From an uncultured Rickettsiales bacterium (lineage in GTDB: Bacteria; Myxococcota_A; UBA796; UBA9615), in contig CAZEKB010000033.1 in the NCBI GenBank assembly GCA_964512225.1, forward strand, positions 424 through 64,423: 64,000 nucleotides of DNA, read 5' to 3'. A program made the translations under genes and the position numbers. This document shows, one piece after another, positions 47,723-57,050 of this stretch; the first letter of the stretch is position 1; each line of letters starts with the position of its first letter. The notes beneath the pieces are model-generated. The model worked only from the letters and a program-made list of their open reading frames with translations. It was not told where the DNA came from and did not search any database.

Positions 47723-49407
47723 AGACGAAGCCCCTCCAGCCGTTCGGCGTCGAGGTGACCGTCCCCACGGGCACGACGTGGTCGACCCTGGACCTCCCCG
47801 CGCTCGTGGCGTTGGGGGAGGAGCACCGCGTGGTCGTCGTGCGGGGCGTCGCGCCCCAGGCCCCCGAGCAGCTCGCCCGCGACTGCCGGGACCTCGGCCG
47901 GCTCCAGCCCTGGCGGTTCGGGGCGGTGCACGAGCTGAAGCACGACCCCGAGGCCGACAACTACCTCTACACCGACCACCCCGTGCCCCTGCACTGGGAC
48001 GGCGCGTTCGCCGACGAGGTGCCCCACTGGCTGGTGTTCCGATGCGTCCGCGCGCCGGCCGCGGGGGGCGAGACGACGTTCGTGCACACCCCCCGCGTCC
48101 TCGCCGCGGCGACCGACGAGCAGCGCGCGCGCTGGGGGGCGACGCGGGTTCGGTACACGACGGAGAAGAAGGCCCACTACGGGGGCACGTTCACCGAGGC
48201 GGTCGTGGGCGGACACGCGACCGAGGGCACGCCGGTGCTGCGGTACGCCGAGCCCGTGGACGATCTCAACCCGGTCTCGGCCACGCCCGACGGCCCCGAC
48301 GCGCACCGCCTGCACGCCGAGCTGCGGGACGTCCTGTGCGGCCCCGACGTGCTCCTCGAGCACGCCTGGCGAGACGGGGACCTGGTGATCGCCGACAACC
48401 ACGCGCTGCTGCACGGCCGCCGGGCGTACGACGCGTCGGGTCCCCGGCACCTGCTCCGCGTGAACATCCTCGATCCGCGCCCGGGCTGGCGGGCGAAGCT
48501 GCACGCGTCGTGGCGGCTGCGTCGCCCCGAGTTCCTCGAGGCGGAGATCCCGATCCTCGCGATCCCGGCGCTGCTCGCGGCCCCGGATCTCGCGGCCCTC
48601 GCCACGGCGACGATGCTCGACGTCTTCCTCCTCTTCTTCCTGTGGTTCCACCTCGGCGACCTCGTGAACTGCCTCATGGACCGCGAGGTGGACGTGCACC
48701 GCAAGACGCACCTCAGCGAGGCGGTGCGGACCCTGGGCGTGCGGAACGTGAAGGCCCAGATCGTGGCGACGGCCCTCGCTTCGGCGGCGGTGGCGGCGCA
48801 CCTCGTCCTCGCGCTGGGGCGCATGGATCTGGCCGTGCTCGGCGTCGTCGGCGTGGGGCTGGCGATCCAGTACACGGCCCCCCCGATCCGCATGAAGTCG
48901 CGGGGGCGATGGCAGATCGTCGCGTACATGGGCCTGCTCTTCGTCTTCCCGATGTCGTTCATCGAGATCGCGGTCGCAGGGCACGTATCGGCGACGGGGC
49001 TGCTCGTCTCGGTCGCCTACGCCGCCATGCAGAGCGGGATCCTGCTCGTGAACAACGCCGAGGACCTGGACGAAGACGAGCGGGAGGGCATCTACACGGC
49101 GTCGATCGCCCTGGGGGCCCGGCGGGCGGTGCGCGTGGGGCGCGCGATGGCGGTCGGGGGCGGCTCGGCCCTCGCGATCGTGCTGGCGGCGACGGCGGGG
49201 CCGTGGGGTCTCGGCGCGCTGCCCCTGCTGATGACGACCGTCGCCACCGACCGGTGGCTCGTCCGGCTCCAGCGGCGCGTGGACGGCGCCCCCGAGGCGG
49301 AGGCGCGCGAGGCGATCCGAGCCCAGGGCAAGCACGTCCCCACCCGCATCGAGTCGGGGGCGTGGGCCGCGCTGTTCGCGGCCGGGGTCACCTTCCTCCT
49401 CGGCTGA
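47719..49407 (+). CDS. TauD/TfdA dioxygenase (PvcB/IsnB-like) fused to UbiA-family prenyltransferase
   Basis: LHWDGAF (HxD), GGET.F, H.W..GDLVIADN..LLHGR; then NCLMDREVD and NNAEDLDED Asp-rich motifs with multiple TM helices. Confidence 0.85.
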   Translation: MKTKPLQPFGVEVTVPTGTTWSTLDLPALVALGEEHRVVVVRGVAPQAPEQLARDCRDLGRLQPWRFGAVHELKHDPEADNYLYTDHPVPLHWDGAFADEVPHWLVFRCVRAPAAGGETTFVHTPRVLAAATDEQRARWGATRVRYTTEKKAHYGGTFTEAVVGGHATEGTPVLRYAEPVDDLNPVSATPDGPDAHRLHAELRDVLCGPDVLLEHAWRDGDLVIADNHALLHGRRAYDASGPRHLLRVNILDPRPGWRAKLHASWRLRRPEFLEAEIPILAIPALLAAPDLAALATATMLDVFLLFFLWFHLGDLVNCLMDREVDVHRKTHLSEAVRTLGVRNVKAQIVATALASAAVAAHLVLALGRMDLAVLGVVGVGLAIQYTAPPIRMKSRGRWQIVAYMGLLFVFPMSFIEIAVAGHVSATGLLVSVAYAAMQSGILLVNNAEDLDEDEREGIYTASIALGARRAVRVGRAMAVGGGSALAIVLAATAGPWGLGALPLLMTTVATDRWLVRLQRRVDGAPEAEAREAIRAQGKHVPTRIESGAWAALFAAGVTFLLG

Positions 49408-49434
49408 GGTACAACCCTCAGCTGGGAGCGACTC

Positions 49435-50658
49435 ATGACGTTGGTTCGAATCGCGTGGCGCAACCTCTGGCGGCACCGTCGTCGGACGCTCATCACCGCG
49501 TCCGGGATGGCGATCGCCATGGGGCTCGTCATCTCCATGTCCGCCATGCAGGACGGCATGTTCGACATGATGGCGGACATCATGGTCCGGCAGCAGCTGG
49601 GCCACGCGCAGGTCAACCACCCGGACTGGCCCGGCCGCGAGCAGATGTACGACACGGTCCCCTCGGACCTCGTCTCGAAGTTCAAGGAGCGCCCCGAGAT
49701 CACCGGGGCGTCCGGCCGCATGTTCACGTTCGGGCTCGCGGCGTCGGACGTGACGTCGGTGGGCGCCCGCTACGTCGGCATCGACCCGGTGGCGGATCTC
49801 GCCATCACGGACCGCTCGCAGAGCGTCGTGCGCGGCGAATACCTGTCGCCCGAGGCGAAGGGTGAGGTCGTCATCGGAGAGGCGATGGCCGACGAGCTCG
49901 AGCTCGACCTCGGGGGCGAGCTGATCTTCCTCGGCCAGGCGGCCGACGGATCCATGGCCAACGAGCTGCTGACGGTCGTGGGCACGTACTCCACCGGCAT
50001 CGACCAGATGGACAAGACCGGCGCCTACCTGCACGTCAGCGACCTGCAGCGCATCCTCGCCCTCGAGGATCAGCTCCATCAGATCCTCGTGGTGGGGGAG
50101 GACATGAACCTGTCCGCCGACATCGCGGCCGCGACGTCCGAGGTCGCCGGGGAGGGCGTGCAGGTCCGGTCCTGGGAGGAGGCGGACCCGGCGATGGCCC
50201 AGATGATGGGCATGCGCGACGTCAGCCTGATCTTCATGCTGGTCATCATCTTCAGCGTGGCCGGCCTGGCCGTGCTCAATACCAACCTCATGACCGTCTT
50301 CGAGCGCACCCGCGAGCTCGGCGTGCTGCGAGCCATCGGCCTGACGCGCACCAAGATGATGGCGCTCGTCATCCTCGAGAGCATCCTGCTCACGGCCGTC
50401 GCGAGCGTGCTCGGGATCGCCCTGGGCGGCTTCCTCGACTGGCTCCTCGTGGAGTACGGGTTCCCCTACGAGACGGCCGACGGCAAGGGCTTCAGCTGGC
50501 AGGGCGTGACGTTCCCCACGCGCTTCTACGGGGCCGTGCGGCCGTTCCCGTTCGTCGTCACCACGGTGTTCGTCTTCCTGGTCGCCATCGCGGCGTCGAT
50601 CTGGCCCGCCGCCCGCGCCGCGCTGCTGCGCCCCGTCGAAGCCATGAGGGAGTCCTGA
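49435..50658 (+). CDS. ABC transporter permease (MacB/FtsX/LolE-like)
   Basis: AWRNLWR..RRT; V.ERTRE.GVL.AIG; four-TM topology. Confidence 0.9.
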   Translation: MTLVRIAWRNLWRHRRRTLITASGMAIAMGLVISMSAMQDGMFDMMADIMVRQQLGHAQVNHPDWPGREQMYDTVPSDLVSKFKERPEITGASGRMFTFGLAASDVTSVGARYVGIDPVADLAITDRSQSVVRGEYLSPEAKGEVVIGEAMADELELDLGGELIFLGQAADGSMANELLTVVGTYSTGIDQMDKTGAYLHVSDLQRILALEDQLHQILVVGEDMNLSADIAAATSEVAGEGVQVRSWEEADPAMAQMMGMRDVSLIFMLVIIFSVAGLAVLNTNLMTVFERTRELGVLRAIGLTRTKMMALVILESILLTAVASVLGIALGGFLDWLLVEYGFPYETADGKGFSWQGVTFPTRFYGAVRPFPFVVTTVFVFLVAIAASIWPAARAALLRPVEAMRES

Positions 50659-51887
50659 TGTTCCTGCTGGCGATCCGCAACCTCTGGCGGAACAAGATCC
50701 GCACCGGGATCACGCTCGCGGCCATCAGCGGCGGCCTGACGCTGATCATGATGGGCAACAACCTCAACCACGGCATGTACCAGGACATGATCAAGAAGGG
50801 GATCAGCACGATCGCCGGTCACGTCGTGGTCCAGCCCGAGGGCTGGCAGGACGACCCCGACGCCGTGGATCGGTCGGTCGCCGACGCCGACGCGATCGCC
50901 GAGAAGGTCGCGGGCGCGTGGCCGGGCGCGAAGGTCGTGCAGCGGACCTTCTTCGGGGGGCTGCTCACGTCGCCCACGAGCTCCGCGGGCGTCGGCATCA
51001 CGGCGATCCAGCCCGAGGCCGAGCCGATCGTGTCGGACTGGCACACCAAGGTCTCCGAGGGAGAGTGGCTGAAGGAGGGCGACGCACGCGGGATCCTCAT
51101 CGGCGCGAAGCTCGCCGAGACGCTGGACGTGAAGGTCGGCAAGAAGCTCGTCCTCATGGGCCAGGGCAAGGAGGAGGTCGTCAGCCAGCTGTTCCGCGTC
51201 CGGGGGATCATCAAGACGGGCTCCGCCCAGGCCGACGGCATCCTCGCCATCACGTCCGTGGAGGCCGCCATGACGTTCCTCGAGCAGCCGGGCGCGGTGA
51301 GCCAGATCTCGCTGCACCTGCCCGTGAGCGACGACTCCGACGCCGCCCTCGCCGCGGTGCAGGGGGCGGTGGCGGGGACGGCCGGGATCGAGGTGCTGGG
51401 GTGGAAGGAGGCGGTCGCGGAGATCTACGAGTTCACCCAGACGGACCGCCGCACCAACAACAGCTTCATGTTCATCATCGGGATCATCGTCGCGTTCGGG
51501 ATCGTCAATACGATCCTCATGAGCGTGATGGAGCGCATCCGCGAGTTCGGGGTGATGCTCGCGCTGGGCACGCCGCCCCTGAAGCTGCGGGCGATGATCC
51601 TCGTCGAGGGCCTCGTCATCGGCGTGCTCGGGGCCGCCATCGGGCTGGCCTTCGGCAGCGCGCTCACGTCGTACCTGGTCACCAACGGCATCGACTACAG
51701 CGAGATGATGGGCGAGTCCTTCGACATGGCCGGCGTCTCGATCAGCACCGTCATCAAGGCGCAGTGGGACTGGGTCAGCATGGCCGCTTACTGCGTCGTC
51801 GCGGTGGTCCTCAGCATCCTCTCCACCGTCTACCCGGCATGGAAGGCGGGCGCGCTGCAGCCCGTCGAAGCCATGCGTCACGTCTAG
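50658..51887 (+). CDS. ABC transporter permease (MacB/FtsX/LolE-like)
   Basis: AIRNLWRN..RT; NTILMSV.ERIREFGVM.ALG. Confidence 0.9.
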   Translation: MFLLAIRNLWRNKIRTGITLAAISGGLTLIMMGNNLNHGMYQDMIKKGISTIAGHVVVQPEGWQDDPDAVDRSVADADAIAEKVAGAWPGAKVVQRTFFGGLLTSPTSSAGVGITAIQPEAEPIVSDWHTKVSEGEWLKEGDARGILIGAKLAETLDVKVGKKLVLMGQGKEEVVSQLFRVRGIIKTGSAQADGILAITSVEAAMTFLEQPGAVSQISLHLPVSDDSDAALAAVQGAVAGTAGIEVLGWKEAVAEIYEFTQTDRRTNNSFMFIIGIIVAFGIVNTILMSVMERIREFGVMLALGTPPLKLRAMILVEGLVIGVLGAAIGLAFGSALTSYLVTNGIDYSEMMGESFDMAGVSISTVIKAQWDWVSMAAYCVVAVVLSILSTVYPAWKAGALQPVEAMRHV

Positions 51888-51896
51888 GAGCCGAAG

Positions 51897-52580
51897 ATGG
51901 CCATCGTCGAAGTCCGCGGTCTGACGCGGACCTACCAGCAGGGGACGCTCGACGTCCCCGCCCTGCGCGGCGTCGATCTCGACATCGAGCCCGGCGAGTT
52001 CACCGTCCTCATGGGGCCCAGCGGGTCGGGCAAGACGACGCTGCTGAACCAGATCGGTGCGCTGGACATCCCGGACGCCGGGTCCGTCAAGGTCGAGGGC
52101 CGGGAGCTGTCCGGCCTGTCCAAGGGAGAGCTCGCGAAGCTCCGGCTCGACCGCATCGGGTTCGTCTTCCAGGCCTACAACCTCATCCCCGTGCTCACCG
52201 CGTACGAGAACGCCGAGTTCGTGCTCCTGATGCAGGGCGTGAGCAAGAAGGAGCGGACGGAGCGGGTGATGAAGACCCTGCACACCGTCGGCCTGGAGGG
52301 CATGGAGCACCGGCGCCCGACCGAGCTGTCCGGCGGGCAGCAGCAGCGGGTGGCGGTCGCCCGGGCGATCGCGGGCGGGCCCGCCCTGGTGCTGGCGGAC
52401 GAGCCCACGGCGAACCTCGACAGCGCCACCGGCTACGCGCTCATCGAGACCATGAAGAAGCTGAACGAAGAGGACGGCGTGACCTTCGTCTTCGCCACTC
52501 ACGATCCCAAGGTGATGGAGCACGCGCGTCGGATCGTGCGGCTCGTCGACGGCAGAATCGATGAGGACATCCACAAATGA
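51897..52580 (+). CDS. ABC transporter ATP-binding protein (LolD-like)
   Basis: GPSGSGKTT, GFVFQ.YNL, LSGGQQQRVA.AR, LADEPT.NLD, H-loop ATHD. Confidence 0.95.
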   Translation: MAIVEVRGLTRTYQQGTLDVPALRGVDLDIEPGEFTVLMGPSGSGKTTLLNQIGALDIPDAGSVKVEGRELSGLSKGELAKLRLDRIGFVFQAYNLIPVLTAYENAEFVLLMQGVSKKERTERVMKTLHTVGLEGMEHRRPTELSGGQQQRVAVARAIAGGPALVLADEPTANLDSATGYALIETMKKLNEEDGVTFVFATHDPKVMEHARRIVRLVDGRIDEDIHK

Positions 52581-53326
52581 GAACGCCCGCCCTGATCACC
52601 GCGCTCCTGGTCGCGGCCCCCTCCGCGCTCGCCGAGGAGGGCAAGCCCACGCTCGAGTCCCTCCTCAACGGCGTCGACGACGTCCAGCGCGGGCAGTCCA
52701 GCAAGGCGCGCGTCGCCATGCACGTCAAGACGAAGCGCTGGGAGCGCACGCTCGTGATGGAGAGCTGGTCGCAGGGTGAGGACAAGTCCCTCATCCGCAT
52801 CGTCTCCCCCGCCAAGGAGGCGGGCACCGCGACCCTGATGGTCGACGACAACATCTGGAACTACCTGCCCAAGGTCGATCGCACGATGAAGGTGCCCGCG
52901 TCGATGATGTCGGGCGCGTGGATGGGGTCGCACTTCACCAACAACGACCTCGTGCGCTCGGACCGGCTGGCGGACGTGTTCACCTACGAGCTCGTGGAGG
53001 AGCCCGCGGCGGACGGGGCGGGGCACTGGGTCATCGAGTGCGTGCCCAAGGAGGACGCGGCGATCGTGTGGGGCAAGGTCGTGGTGAAGGTCCGCGGGGA
53101 GGACAGGATCCCCGACGAGATCACGTACTGGGACGAGGACGGCGCCCTCGTGCGCACGATGCAGTTCCTGGACATCCGCGAGGTGAGCGGCCGCAAGGTC
53201 CCCATGAAGATGCGGCTGGTGCCCGCGGATGAGCCCGACGAGTTCACGGAGGTGACGTACCAGGCCCTGGAGTTCGACCCGGACCTGCCCCCGGGCACGT
53301 TCTCGCTGCAGAGCCTGCGGAAGTAG
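52577..53326 (+). CDS. Outer membrane lipoprotein-sorting (LolA-like) protein
   Basis: SLIR...PAKE.GTA.L, W.YLP...R..K......WMGS.F.N.D. Confidence 0.85.
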   Translation: MRTPALITALLVAAPSALAEEGKPTLESLLNGVDDVQRGQSSKARVAMHVKTKRWERTLVMESWSQGEDKSLIRIVSPAKEAGTATLMVDDNIWNYLPKVDRTMKVPASMMSGAWMGSHFTNNDLVRSDRLADVFTYELVEEPAADGAGHWVIECVPKEDAAIVWGKVVVKVRGEDRIPDEITYWDEDGALVRTMQFLDIREVSGRKVPMKMRLVPADEPDEFTEVTYQALEFDPDLPPGTFSLQSLRK

Positions 53327-53330
53327 CCCG

Positions 53331-54656
53331 GTGCGGCTGGTCCCGGGGCTGGTGGCGGCGTGCCTGCTGCTCCCCACGGGCGCCCACGCCGCCCGCGTCG
53401 TCGACACGGATCGGCTCCAGATCGACGTCGGGGGCGACATCAAGGGCTTCTTCGACGCCGTCTTCCCCTACGAGCACCTGATCATGCCCGAGGACCCGAT
53501 CGCGTCGGCGGCGCTCGACTTCCGGTTCAAGTTCTCGGGCGACTACTCGACCTGGCTCAGCTGGGAGCTGCACCACTCGCTGACGGCGCGGTTCCGGCCC
53601 GGAGAGGCCACGACCTTCGGCATCACCCCGGGCACGGGGCAGCCGGTCGCCGACGAGGCGCTGACGATGTCGTACACGGCGGTCGATACGCCGCACTTCG
53701 AGCTGGCGGGGCGCTTCGACCGGCTCAACCTGAGCTTCCACCTGCCCGGCCTCGACATCTCGATCGGGCGGCAGCCGGTGAGCTTCGGGACCGGGCTGTT
53801 CTTCACGCCCATGGACCTGCTCGCGCCGTACACGCCGCAGGTGGTGGACCGGGAGTACAAGCCGGGGGTGGACGCCGCCCGCTTCGACGGCTTCCTGGGC
53901 GCGACCGGGCGGCTGACGGGCGTCGTGGGCGTCATCGAGGAGTTCTCGCTCGAGGGGCTGTTCGTGGCGGGGTACGGCGGGTTCACCGTGGGCGTGACGG
54001 ACCTGAACTTCTTCGCCGCGAAGATCCGCAAGGACCTGGTGGTCGGGGTCGGGACGGCGTCGTCGATCGGGCCCGTCGGGGTGCACGCGGACGTCACGGT
54101 GACCGTCCCGTTCGAGGGCGAGGACACGTGCCCGGGGGCGAACTCCCTGGCCGATGAAGACGAGGCCTGTCCCCCGTTCTTCCGCGGGGTGGTGGGGGCG
54201 GACATCCGGACGGGGTTCGGGATGTCGGTCGCGGGCGAGTTCTACGTGCAGACGGCCGGGGCGACGGACCGGACGCGGTACCTCGAGGTGGCGACGCGGC
54301 CGCGGTTCGCCCGGGGCGAGCTGTGGACGATGGGCACGTTCTACGGCGGGCTGTCGATCACGCAGGAGATCATCCCCATCGTGTTCGTCAACGTATCGCT
54401 GATGACGAACTTCCTGGATCCGAGCTTCTTCGTGGCGCCGGGCCTCACGTGGTCGGTGTCCGAGAACGCGGAGTTCGCCATCGGCGGGTTCTTCACCATC
54501 GGCGCGAGGCCGGACGAGGTCGAACTCGTCGATCTCATCGACCCGGACACGCTCCAGCCGCTCTCCGAGGACGAGCTCTTGGAGGTGATCCGGAGCAACA
54601 GCGAGTTCGGCCTCGCCCCCCACCAGTTCTACGCCCAGCTCAAGTTCTACTTCTAG
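53331..54656 (+). CDS. Hypothetical outer-membrane beta-barrel protein
   Basis: Signal peptide; DRL, GRQ..S.G.G.FF.P.D, RE.KPGVDA.R; terminal YF. Confidence 0.75.
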   Translation: MRLVPGLVAACLLLPTGAHAARVVDTDRLQIDVGGDIKGFFDAVFPYEHLIMPEDPIASAALDFRFKFSGDYSTWLSWELHHSLTARFRPGEATTFGITPGTGQPVADEALTMSYTAVDTPHFELAGRFDRLNLSFHLPGLDISIGRQPVSFGTGLFFTPMDLLAPYTPQVVDREYKPGVDAARFDGFLGATGRLTGVVGVIEEFSLEGLFVAGYGGFTVGVTDLNFFAAKIRKDLVVGVGTASSIGPVGVHADVTVTVPFEGEDTCPGANSLADEDEACPPFFRGVVGADIRTGFGMSVAGEFYVQTAGATDRTRYLEVATRPRFARGELWTMGTFYGGLSITQEIIPIVFVNVSLMTNFLDPSFFVAPGLTWSVSENAEFAIGGFFTIGARPDEVELVDLIDPDTLQPLSEDELLEVIRSNSEFGLAPHQFYAQLKFYF

Positions 54657-54688
54657 GGCCGGCGGCTAGACTCCGCGCGGAGGTTCAC

Positions 54689-54895
54689 ATGGCCGATCGA
54701 GACGTAGAACGCGACTGCCCCACGGACCGCTTCGTGGCCACCTTGCGCCGCGTGGCCGACGCCTTGGAGGCGGGCGAGCCGTGGCGCATCCAGGTGGCGA
54801 ACCAGCGCTTCACCGTGCCCGTGGACGCGACCCTGTCCATCGAGCACGAGGTGAGCGACGGGGCGGAGGAGCTCGAGCTGCAGCTCAAGTGGTGA
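54689..54895 (+). CDS. Amphi-Trp domain protein
   Basis: RDVE......FV..LRR.ADALE.G....IQV...R..VP..A..SIEHE.....EELE.QL.W; RBS GGAGG. Confidence 0.8.
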   Translation: MADRDVERDCPTDRFVATLRRVADALEAGEPWRIQVANQRFTVPVDATLSIEHEVSDGAEELELQLKW

Positions 54896-54919
54896 CCGGC
54901 TCCGCCTGGAGCGGGACGG

Positions 54920-55573
54920 TCAGAACGTGGGCACCGGGGCCGCGAGGAGGGTCCAGATGAAGGCGAAGTGCATCATCGCGCCGCCGAGGACGAACAGGTG
55001 CCAGACCTCGTGGTGCCCGAACGTCGATGGCCAGGGGTCCGGCCACCGCTTCGCGTATACGACCGCTCCCACCGTGTAGACCACGCCGCCGCCGAGCAGC
55101 AGCGACAGGCTCAAGGGAGCGAGGTGGGGGAGCATCCACCAGATGGGCACCAGCGCGATCCACCCCAGGGCGAGGTAGAGCGTGAGCCCCACCCACGTGG
55201 GGGCGTCGATCCATACGAGCTTCACGGCCACACCCAGCAGCGCGATGCCGCCGACGATCGCGATCATCGTGATCCGCGTCGAGCCGTGCAGGAGGTGGAA
55301 CAGGGGCGGCATGTAGCTGCCCGCGATGAGCAGGAAGATCGCGCTGTGATCGAGGCGCCGCAGCCACTTGTTGCCGCGGTCGCCCAGGTCGAGGAAGTGA
55401 TAGATCGTCGATGCACCGAACAGCGCGACCAGCGATCCCCCGTAGATGGACATCGCGGTCACCTTGGACGCGCTGTGGGTGGAGTGGCCGACCAGGGCCA
55501 CGAGCCCCACGACCGCGAGCAGGAACCCTCCGAAGTGGGTCGCAGCGCTCCAGGGTTCCTTGCCGAACTTCAT
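54920..55573 (-). CDS. Hemolysin III / PAQR family membrane protein
   Basis: E......TH, S..YH, RRLDH.AI..LIAGSY.P, Y..G, HE.WHLFV. Confidence 0.92.
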   Translation of the reverse strand: MKFGKEPWSAATHFGGFLLAVVGLVALVGHSTHSASKVTAMSIYGGSLVALFGASTIYHFLDLGDRGNKWLRRLDHSAIFLLIAGSYMPPLFHLLHGSTRITMIAIVGGIALLGVAVKLVWIDAPTWVGLTLYLALGWIALVPIWWMLPHLAPLSLSLLLGGGVVYTVGAVVYAKRWPDPWPSTFGHHEVWHLFVLGGAMMHFAFIWTLLAAPVPTF

Positions 55574-55694
55574 GAGACTCCAGGGGTGTCATAACTGACC
55601 CGCGGGTAACTTAGCTGCCTGGCCGAGGATCGCAACCGGTACACGACAGATCGGTCGCGTCCGTTTCGGCGTGGGACTTGCATGAGACGGAGGC

Positions 55695-57038
55695 GTGCCT
55701 CCGTCACTCCGCATCCTTCCGGTCTTGCTTCTCCTCGTCGGGTGCGGTGTGGCGGAGGCCCCCTCGGCCACCTGGGACGAGGTCCTCGATCCCGCTGCGT
55801 GCGCCGAATGCCACCCCGATCAGTACGCCGAGTGGGCCGGGAGCATGCACGCCTACACCGGCGTGGACCCGATCTTCAAGGCGATGAACGCGAGGGCTCA
55901 GCGCGAGTCGGACGGGGCCCTCGGTGACTACTGTGTGGGCTGCCACTCGCCCATGGCCGTGCGCGAGGGCTGGACGGAGGACGGGACCGACCTCGACGAG
56001 GTCCCCGCCCACCTGCGCGGGGTGACCTGCGTGTTCTGTCACACCGCCCTGTTGGTGCCCGTGGACCACAACAGCTCGCACGTCTTGTCGGGCGAGCCCG
56101 TCATGCGGGGCGCCATCGCCGACCCGGTGCCCAATGCCTTCCACGCCTCGGAGTACGGCATCCTCCAGGACCGCAACGAGCCCGGCTCGTCGGAGCTCTG
56201 CGGGTCCTGCCACTGCGTATTCACCCCGCAGGGCGTGCACGTCGAGCGCACGAACCGGGAGTGGAAGGCCAGCGTATTCAACGACCAGGGGCCCGGCCGA
56301 CTGAGCTGTTCCGGATGCCACATGCGTGGGCGAGACGGCACAGCCGCGGTGGGGCACGACGGTCCCGAGCGCCGGCTGCACGACCACTCGTTCCCGGGCG
56401 TGGACACCGCCCTCACGGCGTTCCCGGGCAAGGAGGACCAGGCCGAGGCGATCCAGCAGGAGCTCGACTTCTCGGTCCAGGGCGAGCTCTGCGTCGGGCC
56501 CGCGACCGGCGGCGTGGAGATCGTGGTGCAGCTCGACAACGTGGGGAGCGGGCACTCCTTCCCCAGCGGCGCCGCCTACGACCGGCGAGTCTGGGTGGAG
56601 GTCGTGGCGTACGACGAAGCGAACGCGGTGCTGTTCGAGTCCGGGGTCGTCGCGGACGGCGAGCCGGTCGTGGACGCGATGGCGGGCGACCCGTACGCCT
56701 GGGAGTTCCGAGACCGGCACTACGACGCGAACGGGGACCCCGTGGACATGTCCTGGAACGCGGTGGAGGTCGAGGGCGCGCTGCTTCCCTTCGCCACCAC
56801 GAACGACCCGTCCGACCCGGCGTACGTGCACGCAGTCCGCCAGGCGTACCCGGTGCGGGGGACGATCCCGGCGCGAGTCACGGCGCGGGTGCGGATCCGC
56901 GCGACGGGGCTCGACATCCTCGACACGCTCATCGCGAACGACGGGCTGGATCCCGCGCTCCGGGACCTCATGCCGACGTGGGATCTCGGCGGCACCGTGC
57001 TCGAGTGGACGGGCCCCGTCGGGAGCTGCGTCCGGTAG
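55695..57038 (+). CDS. Multiheme cytochrome c lipoprotein (c554-like)
   Basis: LVGC lipobox; five CxxCH motifs (CAECH, CVGCH, CVFCH, CGSCH, CSGCH); N.G.GH.FPSG. Confidence 0.88.
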   Translation: MPPSLRILPVLLLLVGCGVAEAPSATWDEVLDPAACAECHPDQYAEWAGSMHAYTGVDPIFKAMNARAQRESDGALGDYCVGCHSPMAVREGWTEDGTDLDEVPAHLRGVTCVFCHTALLVPVDHNSSHVLSGEPVMRGAIADPVPNAFHASEYGILQDRNEPGSSELCGSCHCVFTPQGVHVERTNREWKASVFNDQGPGRLSCSGCHMRGRDGTAAVGHDGPERRLHDHSFPGVDTALTAFPGKEDQAEAIQQELDFSVQGELCVGPATGGVEIVVQLDNVGSGHSFPSGAAYDRRVWVEVVAYDEANAVLFESGVVADGEPVVDAMAGDPYAWEFRDRHYDANGDPVDMSWNAVEVEGALLPFATTNDPSDPAYVHAVRQAYPVRGTIPARVTARVRIRATGLDILDTLIANDGLDPALRDLMPTWDLGGTVLEWTGPVGSCVR

Positions 57039-57050
57039 GCAGGGCCCCGG

